64,000 bases of DNA, taken from positions 21,395-85,394 of the forward strand of contig CAYPGQ010000005.1 of NCBI GenBank assembly GCA_964410125.1, written 5' to 3'. Position numbers and translations under genes: made by a program. Below the pieces are notes generated by a model. That model ran no database searches, was not told where the DNA came from, and saw only the letters and a program-made list of their open reading frames with translations. Positions 1 to 11,663 of the stretch are shown here, one piece after another. Within the stretch, counting starts at the first letter, position 1, and each line of letters starts with the position of its first letter. Source of the stretch: an uncultured Eubacteriales bacterium (GTDB lineage Bacteria > Acidobacteriota > Aminicenantia > Aminicenantales > Aminicenantaceae).

Positions 1-1511
1 ATGAAACCACACCCTGCTTGAGCGGATCGTTTGATACGCCCGGTGAGGCGCGGGATGTGGCGGTTTCGGGAAATTTCGCCTTCGTGGCCGATGCTTCCGA
101 AGGGCTCCAGGTCTTAGATATAAGCCGACCTGAGGCGCTGGTATTAAGCGCTGCCCTGGACACTCCCGGTAATGCAGAAGACATTGTCTTGGCCGGAAGC
201 TATGCCTATGTGGCGGATGGAGACTTCGGACTGCAAATCATAGATATCCAGGACCCTGCAGCTCCGTGGCTGACCGGGACATACGATACGCCGGATAAGG
301 CTGAGCAGGTGGCGGTCTCAGGAGAATATGCTTATGTGGCGGATGGTTCGTCGGGCCTTCAGATCCTGAACATCAAACAACCGGAAGCGCCGGAACTGGT
401 GACTACCTTCACTACCGCCGGCTATGCCCACAGTATCAAGGTACAGGGGAATTACGCCTATATCGGTAATCTTTACGATGGTGGCTTCCAGATCGTGGAT
501 ATCTCCGACCCTGAAGCGCCGTTTCAGGCAGGGTGGCGCAAGTACACCATGTACAATGAAAGCTGGGAAGTGGCGGTGGATGACGGATTCGCCTATGTGG
601 TGGATTATTTTGCCGGAGTGTATGTGATCTCGGTCCAAGACCCGGCCAAGCCGCGCCCGCTCGGATATTATTATACACCCGGTTCGATTCTAGCAGCGGA
701 AGTTCTGGGAGACCGGATCTGTGCCTTGGGCGACCTCTCCGGGTTCAAGGTTATTGACGGGGCTGTTCCCGAAGCTCTGAATGTGATTGGCTCGACCTCA
801 CCCTTTCGGGGAGTGCACGGTATGACAGCAGCAGGACAGCTCGGGTTGACAACCGACCGCTGGGGGCTGCGTATTTTTGATTTCAGCGATCTGGAATCCA
901 TCAAGCCAGTGGGTCGCTTGGCCATTCCAGGCGTCGCCCATGCGGTGGTGGTGCGTGGAAATTTTGCGTACTTGACCGCAGATCTCACAGGATTTCATGT
1001 GGTCTTCCTGAAAGATCCAACATCACCTGAACTTTTGGGGAGTTTTGAGATGGCAGGCTTTGCCTACGGTTTGGATGTGAGGGATGATCGTGCCTATGTT
1101 GCTAACAGCGACACCGGATTCCATATCCTGGATATCAATGATCCTGCGACTATCTCCCAGATTGGCTTTCTGGAGACGCCCGGATTGGCCTATGGCGTCT
1201 CGGTGCAGGGTGCTTACGCCTATGTGGCCGACGGAGACGCGGGTCTGCAGGTGGTGGATGTGAGCGATCCGGTGGCCCCTAAAATCGTGGGTAGCTGTGC
1301 TGTCGATGGTTTTGCCAACAGCGTAAAAGTGAACGGAACGTATGCTTATATCTCGGACGAGTCCTTCGGTCTGCTGAAAATCGATGTTAAAAATCCCCGA
1401 GCCCCGAAAGTGGTTGCCTCGTTTGAAACTCCCGGTGAATCCGCCTCTGTAAATGTTTGGGGCGAGTACGTGCTCATCGCGGATTCATTTTCTCTGATCG
1501 TGGTAAAATAG
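1..1511 (+). CDS. LVIVD-repeat beta-propeller protein (5'-partial; reading frame is open to the window edge)
   Basis: Repeated motifs YAYVADGDFGLQIIDI / YAYVADGSSGLQILNI / YAYVADGDAGLQVVDV are typical of LVIVD repeats. The frame containing 18..1511 has no stop back to position 1, so the gene continues upstream. Confidence 0.6.
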   Translation, partial: ETTPCLSGSFDTPGEARDVAVSGNFAFVADASEGLQVLDISRPEALVLSAALDTPGNAEDIVLAGSYAYVADGDFGLQIIDIQDPAAPWLTGTYDTPDKAEQVAVSGEYAYVADGSSGLQILNIKQPEAPELVTTFTTAGYAHSIKVQGNYAYIGNLYDGGFQIVDISDPEAPFQAGWRKYTMYNESWEVAVDDGFAYVVDYFAGVYVISVQDPAKPRPLGYYYTPGSILAAEVLGDRICALGDLSGFKVIDGAVPEALNVIGSTSPFRGVHGMTAAGQLGLTTDRWGLRIFDFSDLESIKPVGRLAIPGVAHAVVVRGNFAYLTADLTGFHVVFLKDPTSPELLGSFEMAGFAYGLDVRDDRAYVANSDTGFHILDINDPATISQIGFLETPGLAYGVSVQGAYAYVADGDAGLQVVDVSDPVAPKIVGSCAVDGFANSVKVNGTYAYISDESFGLLKIDVKNPRAPKVVASFETPGESASVNVWGEYVLIADSFSLIVVK

Positions 1512-1544
1512 AGCCTGTCCTTTCCAAGACTCTCCATCTTCTCC

Positions 1545-3212
1545 TTAAATTTTAAAAACTTGCAGCATTAGGATGCCGACAATGGCAGCCACGATTAAAT
1601 AATATGTCATCGGAATAAGAGTTTTCCGGATGAGGTGTCCTTCTTTTCCGATCAATCCGACGACTGCTGATGCGGCGACAACGTTATGCACACAGATCAT
1701 ATTTCCCGCAGCCCCTCCCACAGCCTGGAGTGCGACTATGACTCCAGGGACAGCTCCTATTTTGATGGCCGTGGCAAATTGAAAAAGACTGAACATCATG
1801 TTGGAGAACGTGTTGCTGCCAGCGATGAAAGCACCCAAAGCGCCGATCACAGCAGCCAGTCCTACCCAGGCTTTACCCACCAGCGCAGAGGCTCCCGCTG
1901 CCAATACAACGGGCATCTTGTCCAATCCTCCAGGAATTCCGCTGTTGATAAAAACCTTGACCATAGGCACAGCGAATGCAAGGGCTATAGTTGGGCCTAG
2001 GAGCATGCGAAAAGATCGTCTGATCGCTTTTTTTGCCTGTTTTTTAGAAATTTTTTGCACAAATAGAGTGAGGATAGACACGATTAAAAACAGGAATCCG
2101 GGTAAAAATAAAGGCTGAAAACTGGTATCGATCGGAGTGCCTAGGATTTGCCGCCAGCTCAAAGTTAGAGAAGCCAGAGTTTCCTTGAGCCACGGCCAGA
2201 GGCGGCTGGCCAGAAGAAAAATGGCCACGAGACCGTAGGGAAGCCAGGCTTTGAAGATGCTTTTTTCAGTCTGGATTTCCGTTTTTGTCTCGAATTTTTG
2301 GCCCTCCCATTCGGAAGGCCAGGTTTTTCGCATTGGAAAGTCCCAAACATCCTTCGGGATGAGAAAACCTGATTTGGCTGCGGGGATGACAAAAATCAGT
2401 CCGAGGAGGGATCCTACGAGTGTAGGAAATTCCGGTCCCAAAAACACACCGGTCAAGGTGTAGGGGATGGTGAAACAAAGACCGGAAAAGAGAGCAAAAG
2501 GCAGGATAGAAAATCCATCTGTCCATTTTCGATTTTTACCAAAAAACCGGCACATCATCAGTACCAGAATAAAGGGAATGAGAGTTCCTGTTATCCCATG
2601 GATGATGGCCACTTTGCCTCCGATGGCATTGAGATAGACGGGGTAATCAACGGAATGGAGGCTTAAATAGTTTGTGACTTCGGCTTGGCCGCTCAAACCA
2701 GCATTAACGCCGATCAGGATGGGTGTCCCTACGGCTCCGAAGGAAACGGGTGTGCTCTGGATGATAAGTGTGACCATGACCGCTGCCATGGCCGGGAAAC
2801 CGACGGCGACCAAAAGAGGGGCGGCGACAGCCGCTGGTGTACCGAATCCGGCCGAGCCCTCGATAAAAGCGCCAAAAAAGAAAGCCACAATGATGGCTTG
2901 AACCCGGCGGTCAGGAGAGATTAGAAACATGCTCTTGCGGATGGCGTGGATAGACCCGCTTTCCTGAAGCAGATTGAGCAGAAGAACAGCTCCCAGGATG
3001 ATATAAAGAATGGAGGCCGCAGTCACGAGGCCGTCGATAGATGCGGCGCCGACTTGGAGCAAAGGGACTTTCCAAACGAGCAGGGCCAAAAGAATGGTGA
3101 GTAGGTACGCCACGGGCATGGCGCGGGTGGCAGGCCACCGGAAAAGAACGATCAAGACGAACACAGAGAGAATGGGGAAAAGTGCGAGGACAGAAAGAAT
3201 TCCCAAACTCAT
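1545..3212 (-). CDS. L-lactate permease (LctP family)
   Basis: 555-aa polytopic membrane protein. The N-terminus [26 protein letters not shown] and overall hydrophobic profile match the LctP/LldP family. Confidence 0.75.
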   Translation of the reverse strand: MSLGILSVLALFPILSVFVLIVLFRWPATRAMPVAYLLTILLALLVWKVPLLQVGAASIDGLVTAASILYIILGAVLLLNLLQESGSIHAIRKSMFLISPDRRVQAIIVAFFFGAFIEGSAGFGTPAAVAAPLLVAVGFPAMAAVMVTLIIQSTPVSFGAVGTPILIGVNAGLSGQAEVTNYLSLHSVDYPVYLNAIGGKVAIIHGITGTLIPFILVLMMCRFFGKNRKWTDGFSILPFALFSGLCFTIPYTLTGVFLGPEFPTLVGSLLGLIFVIPAAKSGFLIPKDVWDFPMRKTWPSEWEGQKFETKTEIQTEKSIFKAWLPYGLVAIFLLASRLWPWLKETLASLTLSWRQILGTPIDTSFQPLFLPGFLFLIVSILTLFVQKISKKQAKKAIRRSFRMLLGPTIALAFAVPMVKVFINSGIPGGLDKMPVVLAAGASALVGKAWVGLAAVIGALGAFIAGSNTFSNMMFSLFQFATAIKIGAVPGVIVALQAVGGAAGNMICVHNVVAASAVVGLIGKEGHLIRKTLIPMTYYLIVAAIVGILMLQVFKI

Positions 3213-3419
3213 GGATAAATCAGTTTCTGGGATTTATAAAACATCGATCGCCCAATGTCAAATCTGCTGTCGATTTAACCTGATCTTCTATTCCTCGCTG
3301 AGAAAAATCTTCCAAGCTGACGTTTCATCTGTGGCTTAAGTCATTTTTTTTGAAGGACTTGACTAAGGCCGATCCCAATAAATACAATAGAGAAGAATTT
3401 ATCAACGGAGGCCGAGTCT

Positions 3420-4304
3420 ATGGAATATGAATTTTATATCGTGGATGTGTTTGCCGAGGAGAAATATGCCGGGAACCAGCTGGGGGTATTCCGGAATGCG
3501 TCTGATCTTTCAGACTTGGACATGCAGATGATTGCCAAGGAGATGAACTACTCGGAGACGACGTTTATTCTCACCGACGATGAAAAGGATGGAGGATTTG
3601 ATGTCCGCATTTTCACGCCCGAAGAAGAGCTCCCGTTTGCCGGACATCCCACCTTGGGCACAGCTTTTGTGATCCAGCAGGAAATACTGAAAAGGCTGGT
3701 TGATAAAGTCGTTTTGAACCTTAAGGTCGGGCAGATCCCTGTCACTTTCGGCTATAAGGAGAATCAACCAGATATCTTATGGATGAAGCAGAAACCTCCT
3801 GTTTTTGGACAGGAAATCGACAAAGGACAAATGGCCCGGTCTTTGAACCTTGAAGAAAGTGCCCTTGATGAAAGATTCCCGATCCAGGAGGTTTCCACAG
3901 GCATCCCTTTCCTGATCGTTCCGCTCAAGAGTTTGGTCCATCTTAAAAAAGCAAAGGTCGATTTTCCAAAATTCATGAAACTGGTGGAAAATATTCAGGC
4001 CAAAGCTCCTCTCATATTCTGTCCCGAATCAAGGGAAAACCTGAATGATCTCAGCGTGCGGGTTTTTGTGGATTATTATGGTATACCTGAGGATCCCGCA
4101 ACCGGGAGTGCCAACGGATGCCTGGCTGGCTACCTTACAAAGCACTTCTACTTCGGCCAAAATCGAGTCGATGTTCGTGTGGAACAAGGCCACGAAATCG
4201 GCCGACCATCTCTTTTATACTTGAAGGCCGAAGAAAAAGCGGATGATATCGATGTTTTTGTGGGAGGTAAAGCTATAATGGTTGCCAAAGGAAAATTTGT
4301 GTAA
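3420..4304 (+). CDS. PhzF-family isomerase (phenazine biosynthesis-like protein)
   Basis: N-terminal [21 protein letters not shown] and overall length match PhzF/YddE-like epimerase-fold proteins. Confidence 0.7.
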   Translation: MEYEFYIVDVFAEEKYAGNQLGVFRNASDLSDLDMQMIAKEMNYSETTFILTDDEKDGGFDVRIFTPEEELPFAGHPTLGTAFVIQQEILKRLVDKVVLNLKVGQIPVTFGYKENQPDILWMKQKPPVFGQEIDKGQMARSLNLEESALDERFPIQEVSTGIPFLIVPLKSLVHLKKAKVDFPKFMKLVENIQAKAPLIFCPESRENLNDLSVRVFVDYYGIPEDPATGSANGCLAGYLTKHFYFGQNRVDVRVEQGHEIGRPSLLYLKAEEKADDIDVFVGGKAIMVAKGKFV

Positions 4305-4333
4305 TATGGTTAAACTGGCATTTTAAGGATATC

Positions 4334-5551
4334 GTGATGAAATCGCTTCCCAAAATAGCTATTTGTTCTGTCCTGTCGGTCCTTGTTTTTATCAATGGCT
4401 GTCAGACCAGACCTAAAATAGAACCTTATGAGATACCTGAATCGGTAGGGATGTCCTCATCCTGTCTTGCCCGTATAGACAAGATCATAAAAGAAGCCAT
4501 AGTCCGGAGAGATTTTCCCGGCGCGGTTATTCTGGTCGTTCGGAAGGGAAAGACCGTGTGGCGCAAAGCCTTTGGCCACAGCCAATGGGTTCCTGAGTTG
4601 GCTCCGATGGACGTTTCGAAAATATTCGACATGGCTTCGATCACCAAACCCGTCGCCACAGCCACATCGGTTATGATGCTGGTCGAGCAGGGCCGATTCC
4701 GGTTGTGGGATAAAGTTACGGATTTTGTGCCGGAATTTGTTGCCTACACCGATGAAGAAGGAAAATCCGGAGAGGATTCCCGCCTGTGGCATCTGCTCAC
4801 CCACACTTCAGGCCTTCCTCCTTACACGGATGCAGAGGATTTGAAGGACAAATATGGATATCCTATAACGCTGGAATCCATGATCGATCACATCGCCCAC
4901 CTGCAAAAACTCAATCCCCCGGGCCAAGAATTCCAATACAGCTGCCTGGGTTTCATAACTTTATCCTACATCGTGAAAAAAGTGACGGGAAAAACCATTG
5001 ACAAGTTTGCCTGGGAAAACATTTTTGAGCCGTTGGGGATGAATCACACTTTTTACACCCCTGTTGAAGAATTTCTGCCTTTGTGTGTGCCTACCCAGGT
5101 ATATGACGGAATCCCCCTTGTCGGAGTGGTCCATGATCCTCTGGCAAGATTGTTGGGAGGCATCTCTGGAAATGCAGGGCTGTTTTCGACTGCTGATGAC
5201 CTGGCGGTTTTTGCCAAGATGATGCTCAATCAAGGAAGTTTTAACGGCAAACGGATTCTCAGCCCTTTGGCTGTGGATAGGATGACAGAAATCTACCGCG
5301 TCACGGATTTTGCCGGGCGGGGATTGGGATGGGATCTTGAGTCTGGCTACTCAACCAACCAAGGCGACTTGTTCGGGCCGAATGCCTTTGGCCACACGGG
5401 ATATACAGGCACCTCTCTGATCATCGATCCCGATACAGAAACGATCGTCATATTTTTAACCAATAGTGTCCATCCCGAAGATAAGGGAGACATTGTTTCA
5501 ATGCGCAGCCGGGTAGCGAACGTCGTAGCCGGCTCGATTTTGATAAAATAA
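4334..5551 (+). CDS. Serine hydrolase of the beta-lactamase / PBP family (lipoprotein signal)
   Basis: Signal peptide with a lipobox-like INGC. The SxxK active-site motif appears as ASITKPV, and class C beta-lactamase-like downstream motifs are present. Confidence 0.75.
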   Translation: MMKSLPKIAICSVLSVLVFINGCQTRPKIEPYEIPESVGMSSSCLARIDKIIKEAIVRRDFPGAVILVVRKGKTVWRKAFGHSQWVPELAPMDVSKIFDMASITKPVATATSVMMLVEQGRFRLWDKVTDFVPEFVAYTDEEGKSGEDSRLWHLLTHTSGLPPYTDAEDLKDKYGYPITLESMIDHIAHLQKLNPPGQEFQYSCLGFITLSYIVKKVTGKTIDKFAWENIFEPLGMNHTFYTPVEEFLPLCVPTQVYDGIPLVGVVHDPLARLLGGISGNAGLFSTADDLAVFAKMMLNQGSFNGKRILSPLAVDRMTEIYRVTDFAGRGLGWDLESGYSTNQGDLFGPNAFGHTGYTGTSLIIDPDTETIVIFLTNSVHPEDKGDIVSMRSRVANVVAGSILIK

Positions 5552-5560
5552 CGGGACATT

Positions 5561-6421
5561 TTGATGACCAAACCCAAAAAATCAGATGGTTATGATCCTG
5601 GCGCCCTCGCTGATTATTATGACCATTTTGATGAAGAAGGTAGACTAACCATCGGATCAGGCCCGTTGGAGTTGGCCCGCACTCAGGAGATTTTGACGCG
5701 TTATCTTCCTTCACTACCCGCTGTGATCGGTGATGTGGGAGGAGGAGCAGGCATCCATGCCCTGTGGCTTGCGCAAAAGGGGTACCAGGTTCATCTTGTG
5801 GACCCTGTGCCCAAACACATCGAACAGGCAAACCGTGCTTCCCTGATTCAATCCGATTATCCCCTTGCCAGTGCCATGGTAGGAGATGCGCGTTCACTGG
5901 ATTGGGAAGATAATCATGTGGATGCGTTGCTCGCTCTCGGGCCCCTTTACCATCTGACTGAACGGGAGCCCCGGATTAAAGCCCTGAAAGAGGCGTCTCG
6001 GGTGACACGCAAAGGTGGCCTGATTTTTGCGGCTTTCATCTCTCGTTTTGCTTCCCTTATGGATGGCCTTTTCCTCAATTTTTTGGATGATCCTGTGTTT
6101 GTAAAGATCGTCGAACAGGATCTCCTTGACGGTCAACACAAAAACCCGACCGCCAATCAAGCCTACTTCACCTCAGCGTTCTTCCATCATCCCGATGACA
6201 TCGTTTCCGAAATCGAAGAATCCGGATTGACGCTCGAGAAAATCCTCGCGGTGGAAAGCATCGGGGGGCTTTTGACCAATTTCGATGCAATGTGGAAAGA
6301 CACAGAACGCCGAAAAAGATTGCTCAAGTTCATAAAAAAGATAGAGGATGAATCCTCCCTTCTGGGTGCCAGCGCCCACCTCATTGCCATCGCTAAAAAC
6401 ACGCCCGGCAATAGGAGGTAA
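5561..6421 (+). CDS. Class I SAM-dependent methyltransferase
   Basis: Glycine-rich SAM-binding motif VGGGAGIHALWLAQKGYQVHLVDP. Confidence 0.7.
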   Translation: MMTKPKKSDGYDPGALADYYDHFDEEGRLTIGSGPLELARTQEILTRYLPSLPAVIGDVGGGAGIHALWLAQKGYQVHLVDPVPKHIEQANRASLIQSDYPLASAMVGDARSLDWEDNHVDALLALGPLYHLTEREPRIKALKEASRVTRKGGLIFAAFISRFASLMDGLFLNFLDDPVFVKIVEQDLLDGQHKNPTANQAYFTSAFFHHPDDIVSEIEESGLTLEKILAVESIGGLLTNFDAMWKDTERRKRLLKFIKKIEDESSLLGASAHLIAIAKNTPGNRR

Positions 6422-6423
6422 GG

Positions 6424-6868
<445 letters not shown>

Positions 6869-7020
6869 TCCGGAGTAGTCGCCTCTCGGCGGGCTACAGA
6901 ACTGCGATGGAAGAGAATCGTTAAAACTAATCCAAAGGAAAACAATAAATTGCCCAATGTCAAGGTTTGATCCCATTAAGGTTGAGTTTGGATTTGGGTT
7001 TGGTGTATAAAAAAATAGAA

Positions 7021-8361
7021 ATGAAGGATAGGCTTCGGATAAGCGTTTCAGGAATCCGAGGGGAAGTGCCGGGGGCTCTCAACGTGGAAGTAGTTTCGAA
7101 ATTTTCCTCTGCGTTCTCTTCCACTCTTGAAAAGGGACAGATCGCCGTATGCAGGGATTCCCGTAACACGAGCCATATGCTCGAAATGGCCGTTCGTTCA
7201 TCAGTCATTGCCAGCGGACTGGACTGCGCGGATTTTGGACTTCTGCCCACGCCCTTTCTGCAATTTTTGATGGGAAAGGAAAAATATTCAGGAGGGATCG
7301 CCATTACCGGCGGGCATAATCCGGTTTCTTGGAATGCTGTGCTTCTCCTGGATTCTGAGGGAGATTACCTGGATATTTCGGAGGGATCGGAGGTTTTCAA
7401 CACCTACGAGGCGGGTGGTTTCACCAAAGCTTCCTGGAAAGAATTGGGCCATATTCAGACGAAAACTTTCCCGATGGATCTTTATTTCAAAGAGTTATCC
7501 CGCTTTGTCGATACCGACAGAATACGGAATAGTGAGTTCAAGGTGGTCGCAGATCCCTGCAACGGAGCTTCTTCGTCATTTTTGGGAGACTTTGGCGCTT
7601 TCTTTAACCTCGATCTCATCTTAATCAACGACAATCCAGAAAAGTCCTTTCCACATCCGCCTGAACCTTCAATCGAGAATGCCTCTCAGGTGGAAGCTGT
7701 TGTTGAATCCACTAGCGCGGATATCGGATTCCTGCTGAATTCAGACGGCAGCCGCATTTCTTTTGTCAATGAAAAAGGAGAAGCGTTCAGCGAGGAGATG
7801 ACTTTTCCCCTTGCACTCCTTTCTTTGCAGAGCAGCATCGATAAAGCCGTGACTACGACCGTTACCACATCTTGGGCAGATTGGGCTGCTCGTACCATTG
7901 GGATTCCCCTTACGCGCACAAAAGTAGGGCAGTCCTCGGTGGTTCATGTAATGGAATCTGAAGGAGCAGGAGTAGGCGGCGAGGGAAGCGGGAGCCTTTG
8001 CTTTTTATCTTTTTCTCTCGGGTATGATTCCCTGCTGACATTTGCTCTGATCCTGGATTTTATGGCCAGGGAGGAAAAATCCCTCTCAGAATTAACGGCT
8101 CTGTTTCCGGAGCGGCACATGAAAAAGATCAAAATCGAGGTTCCGCCGGAGAGGACCTACAGAGTGATGGATCGGCTTGAAGAAGTTTACTCTCGGGAAA
8201 ATCCCGATTACACAGATGGTGTCCGCGTGGAGAGAAAAGGTGTTTGGTTCAACATAAGACCTTCCTCGACAGAATTTGTGTTGAGGATAACGATCGAAGG
8301 GGAAAAACAGAAGGATGTGGAATCGATCGAAGATGAATTAAAAGATAGGATGAGGATTTGA
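7021..8361 (+). CDS. Alpha-D-phosphohexomutase family protein, paralog 1 (phosphoserine site replaced: GGHNP)
   Basis: ISVSGIRGEV N-terminus and four-domain phosphohexomutase organisation. The expected TASHNP phosphoserine loop reads ITGGHNP. Start placed at the internal ATG at 7021 (MKDRLRISVSGIRG). The stop overlaps the next gene by 4 nt. Confidence 0.65.
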   Translation: MKDRLRISVSGIRGEVPGALNVEVVSKFSSAFSSTLEKGQIAVCRDSRNTSHMLEMAVRSSVIASGLDCADFGLLPTPFLQFLMGKEKYSGGIAITGGHNPVSWNAVLLLDSEGDYLDISEGSEVFNTYEAGGFTKASWKELGHIQTKTFPMDLYFKELSRFVDTDRIRNSEFKVVADPCNGASSSFLGDFGAFFNLDLILINDNPEKSFPHPPEPSIENASQVEAVVESTSADIGFLLNSDGSRISFVNEKGEAFSEEMTFPLALLSLQSSIDKAVTTTVTTSWADWAARTIGIPLTRTKVGQSSVVHVMESEGAGVGGEGSGSLCFLSFSLGYDSLLTFALILDFMAREEKSLSELTALFPERHMKKIKIEVPPERTYRVMDRLEEVYSRENPDYTDGVRVERKGVWFNIRPSSTEFVLRITIEGEKQKDVESIEDELKDRMRI

Positions 8362-9695
8362 GAATTTCAGACCTTAAAATCAGTATCTCTGGTATCCGGG
8401 GAATCATCGGAGAGAGCTTGACGCCCCAGTTGATCATAAAATTTTCCGAGGCCTTTTCCACATACATCGGAGGGGGAAAGATTGCTGTAGGATCAGACAC
8501 ACGTCCCTCCGCGGCAATGGTGAAAAATGCTGTGTTTGCCGGGCTTCTCTCCTGTGGCGCGTCCCCGTTGGACCTGGGGATTCTGCCCATACCGTCGCTC
8601 CAGATCTATACCAAGGAAAAAAAACTGGATGGTGCGATATCCATCACCGCTTCCCACAACCCGGTCGAATGGAATGCTCTCAAATTGATCAGGAAAGGCG
8701 GGCATTATCTTTATCCCTATGAAGCGGAAGAACTGTTGGATGTTTATTACCAGGGAAGATTCCAGAGGGTGATAAGTCCGGATAAGATCGAGAGAGAGGA
8801 GGATCCATTTTCCATCCATCAGGATAAAATTGCCAGACTTGTCAATACGGATATTATCGGACAAAAGAAAATCCGGGTGGTTGTGGATCCCTGTGGGGGT
8901 GCGGCTTCTCCGTTCGTGAAGGATTTTCTCGAGATGCTCGGAGCCGAGGTGATTTGCGTGAACTGTGAGTTGACCGAAGGATTCCCCCGCAATCCAGAGC
9001 CCATCCCTGAGAATCTAAGCCTATTATGTGAAGCCGTGAAGGAACACAGGGCAGATGTGGGATTTGCCCAAGATGCGGATGCGGACAGGCTGGCAGCAGT
9101 GGATGAGAATGGCGTCCCGATCGGGGAAGAATACACACTTGCTCTTGCGGTGGATTATTATTTGCAGCAAAAAGAAAAGAGCCCGGTTGTGGTCAATCTG
9201 TCCACATCCAAAGTCGTAGAAGATGTCGCCCAAAAAGCGGGAGTGGAATTGCTTCGGTCGCGGGTGGGTGAGATCAATGTTGCGCGGATGATGGAAGAAA
9301 ATGGAGCAAAAATCGGGGGTGAAGGCAACGGCGGAATCATCGTAGCCGACGTCCATACTTGCCGTGACAGTTTTTCCGGCATGGCCTATCTCCTGGAATA
9401 TCTGGCATGGTCCGGAAAAAAGCTCTCCGAGCTGAGAAGGGAACTCCCGGATTATTTTATGATAAAACACAAGGTCAAAGCCTCATTTCGGGAAGCCCGG
9501 GTGATTCTGAATAAAATAGGCCAGAAGTTCAGGCAAGGAGAAATCCAGACTATAGATGGCCTTCGAGTAGATTATCCGGATTTCTGGCTGCATGTTCGTC
9601 CTTCGAATACAGAACCAGTAGTGCGGATTCAGGTAGAAGGAAAAAGTGAGGAATCGGCACACAAGGTTTTTAAACAAATCATTGAGGAGATCTGA
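8358..9695 (+). CDS. Alpha-D-phosphohexomutase (phosphoglucosamine/phosphomannomutase-like), paralog 2
   Basis: ISISGIRGIIGE N-terminus and the canonical active-site loop ITASHNPVEWNALK. A metal-binding DADADR-like segment is also present. Confidence 0.75.
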   Translation: MRISDLKISISGIRGIIGESLTPQLIIKFSEAFSTYIGGGKIAVGSDTRPSAAMVKNAVFAGLLSCGASPLDLGILPIPSLQIYTKEKKLDGAISITASHNPVEWNALKLIRKGGHYLYPYEAEELLDVYYQGRFQRVISPDKIEREEDPFSIHQDKIARLVNTDIIGQKKIRVVVDPCGGAASPFVKDFLEMLGAEVICVNCELTEGFPRNPEPIPENLSLLCEAVKEHRADVGFAQDADADRLAAVDENGVPIGEEYTLALAVDYYLQQKEKSPVVVNLSTSKVVEDVAQKAGVELLRSRVGEINVARMMEENGAKIGGEGNGGIIVADVHTCRDSFSGMAYLLEYLAWSGKKLSELRRELPDYFMIKHKVKASFREARVILNKIGQKFRQGEIQTIDGLRVDYPDFWLHVRPSNTEPVVRIQVEGKSEESAHKVFKQIIEEI

Positions 9696-10463
9696 GTGGA
9701 GATCATCATCTTAGCTGCCGAAGAGGATGTTTACGCAGAGGCCTCTGCCCGGGTTGTTGATTGGATTCACAAAAAGCCTAATGCTGTAATCGGGATGGCG
9801 ACGGGAAAAACAATGCTCGGGATATACAAAAATCTCATCGCCGATCACAAGCAGGGCCGCGTGGATTTTTCCGCTGTTAAAACTATCAACTTGGATGAAT
9901 ATTTGGGATTGGATCCGGATGATCCTTTGAGTTTTCATTCCTACATGTTTCAGAATTTTTTCCAGCATGTAAATGTGAAGATAGAGAACATCCTGATTCC
10001 CGACTCTTTGCCCGAGAACGTCGAAACGGAATGTGAGACTTACGAGCAAGCCATCAGAGAGAGGGGAGGGATAGATGTCCAGCTTCTGGGCATCGGAAGG
10101 GATGGCCACATCGGATTCAACGAGCCTTCCTCTTCACTCAAGGCTAGAACACGAGTGAAGACCTTGACCAAGGAAACACTCAAAAACAATTTTGGCAGTA
10201 CTGAAGGGCCGAGATTTGCGATTACTATGGGGATCGGGACAATCATGGATGCCAAAGAAATTATTCTGGTTGCGATCGGCGAGGAGAAGGCCAAGGCCAT
10301 CTCTCACATGGTCGAAGGTCCAGTCACTGCTTCTTGCCCGGCGTCTGTCCTCCAGCTCCATCCTAAAGTGAAAATCATTATCGATTTCGAGGCAGCACAT
10401 CTGCTCGAAAGGAAAGAGTATTACATGTGGGTTTGGGAGCACAAGAAGGAGGTGAATTCTTGA
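9696..10463 (+). CDS. nagB: Glucosamine-6-phosphate deaminase
   Basis: GMATGKTMLGIYKNL and LGIGRDGHIGFNEP motifs are characteristic of NagB. Confidence 0.85.
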   Translation: MEIIILAAEEDVYAEASARVVDWIHKKPNAVIGMATGKTMLGIYKNLIADHKQGRVDFSAVKTINLDEYLGLDPDDPLSFHSYMFQNFFQHVNVKIENILIPDSLPENVETECETYEQAIRERGGIDVQLLGIGRDGHIGFNEPSSSLKARTRVKTLTKETLKNNFGSTEGPRFAITMGIGTIMDAKEIILVAIGEEKAKAISHMVEGPVTASCPASVLQLHPKVKIIIDFEAAHLLERKEYYMWVWEHKKEVNS

Positions 10464-10481
10464 CTGCCAGATGGAAAATGA

Positions 10482-11663
10482 ATGATGTATAAAACTGCTC
10501 TCAAGGGAAATCTTGTTCTTAAAGATACCATCATTAACCAGGGATGCGTGGTTGTTGAAGGGCAAAAGATTTCTGGGATATTTGCTCCAACGGATCGATT
10601 CCAAGAGGAAGGAGTCAAATTTATCGATTATTGCAACGCATATATCGCACCGGGGTTTGTGGACCTGCACCTTCATGGGGCATTGGGGAAGGATGTGATG
10701 GATGTTCAGGAAGAAAGTGTACAAATGATCGCAGGACATCAAACTAACAATGGAGTTACAGGATTTCTGGGGTCCACGATGTCGGCTTCCCTGGACTTGG
10801 TTCTTGAGGCTATACGGGTGAGTAAAAATGCGGCAAAGGGTTCGTTGCCGTCTGAAATTTTGGGTGTCCATGTCGAAGGGCCTTTTGTGAGCATACAAAA
10901 AAAGGGTGCCCATTCGGCCTCCTTTATAAGAGGAATGACCGAAAAAGACTGTGAAAGACTGACAGATGCTGTAAACGGATTACATGTCATTCTTTCTCTA
11001 GCTCCCGAAGTGGAAGAAAACATGCGATTAATCGCAAAATTAAAAGCGCAAGGTTTTGTGGTGGCTATCGGACATACAAATGCTACCTATGATCAGGCTT
11101 TGGAGAGCTTTGCAAAAGGCGTGAGCCATGCTACCCATCTGTACAATGCCATGAGCGGATTCAACCACAGAGAGCCGGGGGTTGTCGGGGCAGTTCTGGA
11201 TTCCGATGATATCACCGCAGAGCTCATCGCCGATGGCGTCCATGTTCATCCCGCAGCCTTGCGTTTGGCTGTTGCCAGGAAAGGCCCAGAGAGAATCTGT
11301 TTGGTTACCGACTCGATGATGGCCACAGGTGTGGGAGATGGTGTTTATACTTGGGGTGAGGAAGAAATAGAAGTTCAAGGGAGCAGAGCGACGATTCGAG
11401 GAAGCGGAATTTTGGCAGGAAGTGTTTTGACCTTGAATGCAGCCATCAAAAACATGATCGGTTGGACCGGTGTAACCATAAATCAAGCCATAAATATGGC
11501 ATCCTTCAATCCTGCCTGTGTTCTCGGCATGGAAGATGAAATCGGGAGTATCCAAATCGGCAAACTTGCCAACCTTGTTGTGTTGGATAAAAATTTCCAG
11601 ATCGTGGATACGATACTGAGAGGAAAATCTACTTTGAGGAAAGGAAGCAGAAATGATGTATAA
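10482..11663 (+). CDS. nagA: N-acetylglucosamine-6-phosphate deacetylase
   Basis: Amidohydrolase metal motif GFVDLHLHG, a downstream HxH segment and Asp motifs. Length 393 aa. Confidence 0.85.
   Translation: MMYKTALKGNLVLKDTIINQGCVVVEGQKISGIFAPTDRFQEEGVKFIDYCNAYIAPGFVDLHLHGALGKDVMDVQEESVQMIAGHQTNNGVTGFLGSTMSASLDLVLEAIRVSKNAAKGSLPSEILGVHVEGPFVSIQKKGAHSASFIRGMTEKDCERLTDAVNGLHVILSLAPEVEENMRLIAKLKAQGFVVAIGHTNATYDQALESFAKGVSHATHLYNAMSGFNHREPGVVGAVLDSDDITAELIADGVHVHPAALRLAVARKGPERICLVTDSMMATGVGDGVYTWGEEEIEVQGSRATIRGSGILAGSVLTLNAAIKNMIGWTGVTINQAINMASFNPACVLGMEDEIGSIQIGKLANLVVLDKNFQIVDTILRGKSTLRKGSRNDV

Noticed and set aside
318-998. Several 60-110-aa ORFs on the opposite strand or in alternative frames inside the LVIVD gene. 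The same pattern recurs inside lctP, the GH20 gene, the BamA-like gene and others.
   Set aside because: They are fully embedded in long ORFs with clear protein-family signatures and have no motifs of their own. They are shadow ORFs.
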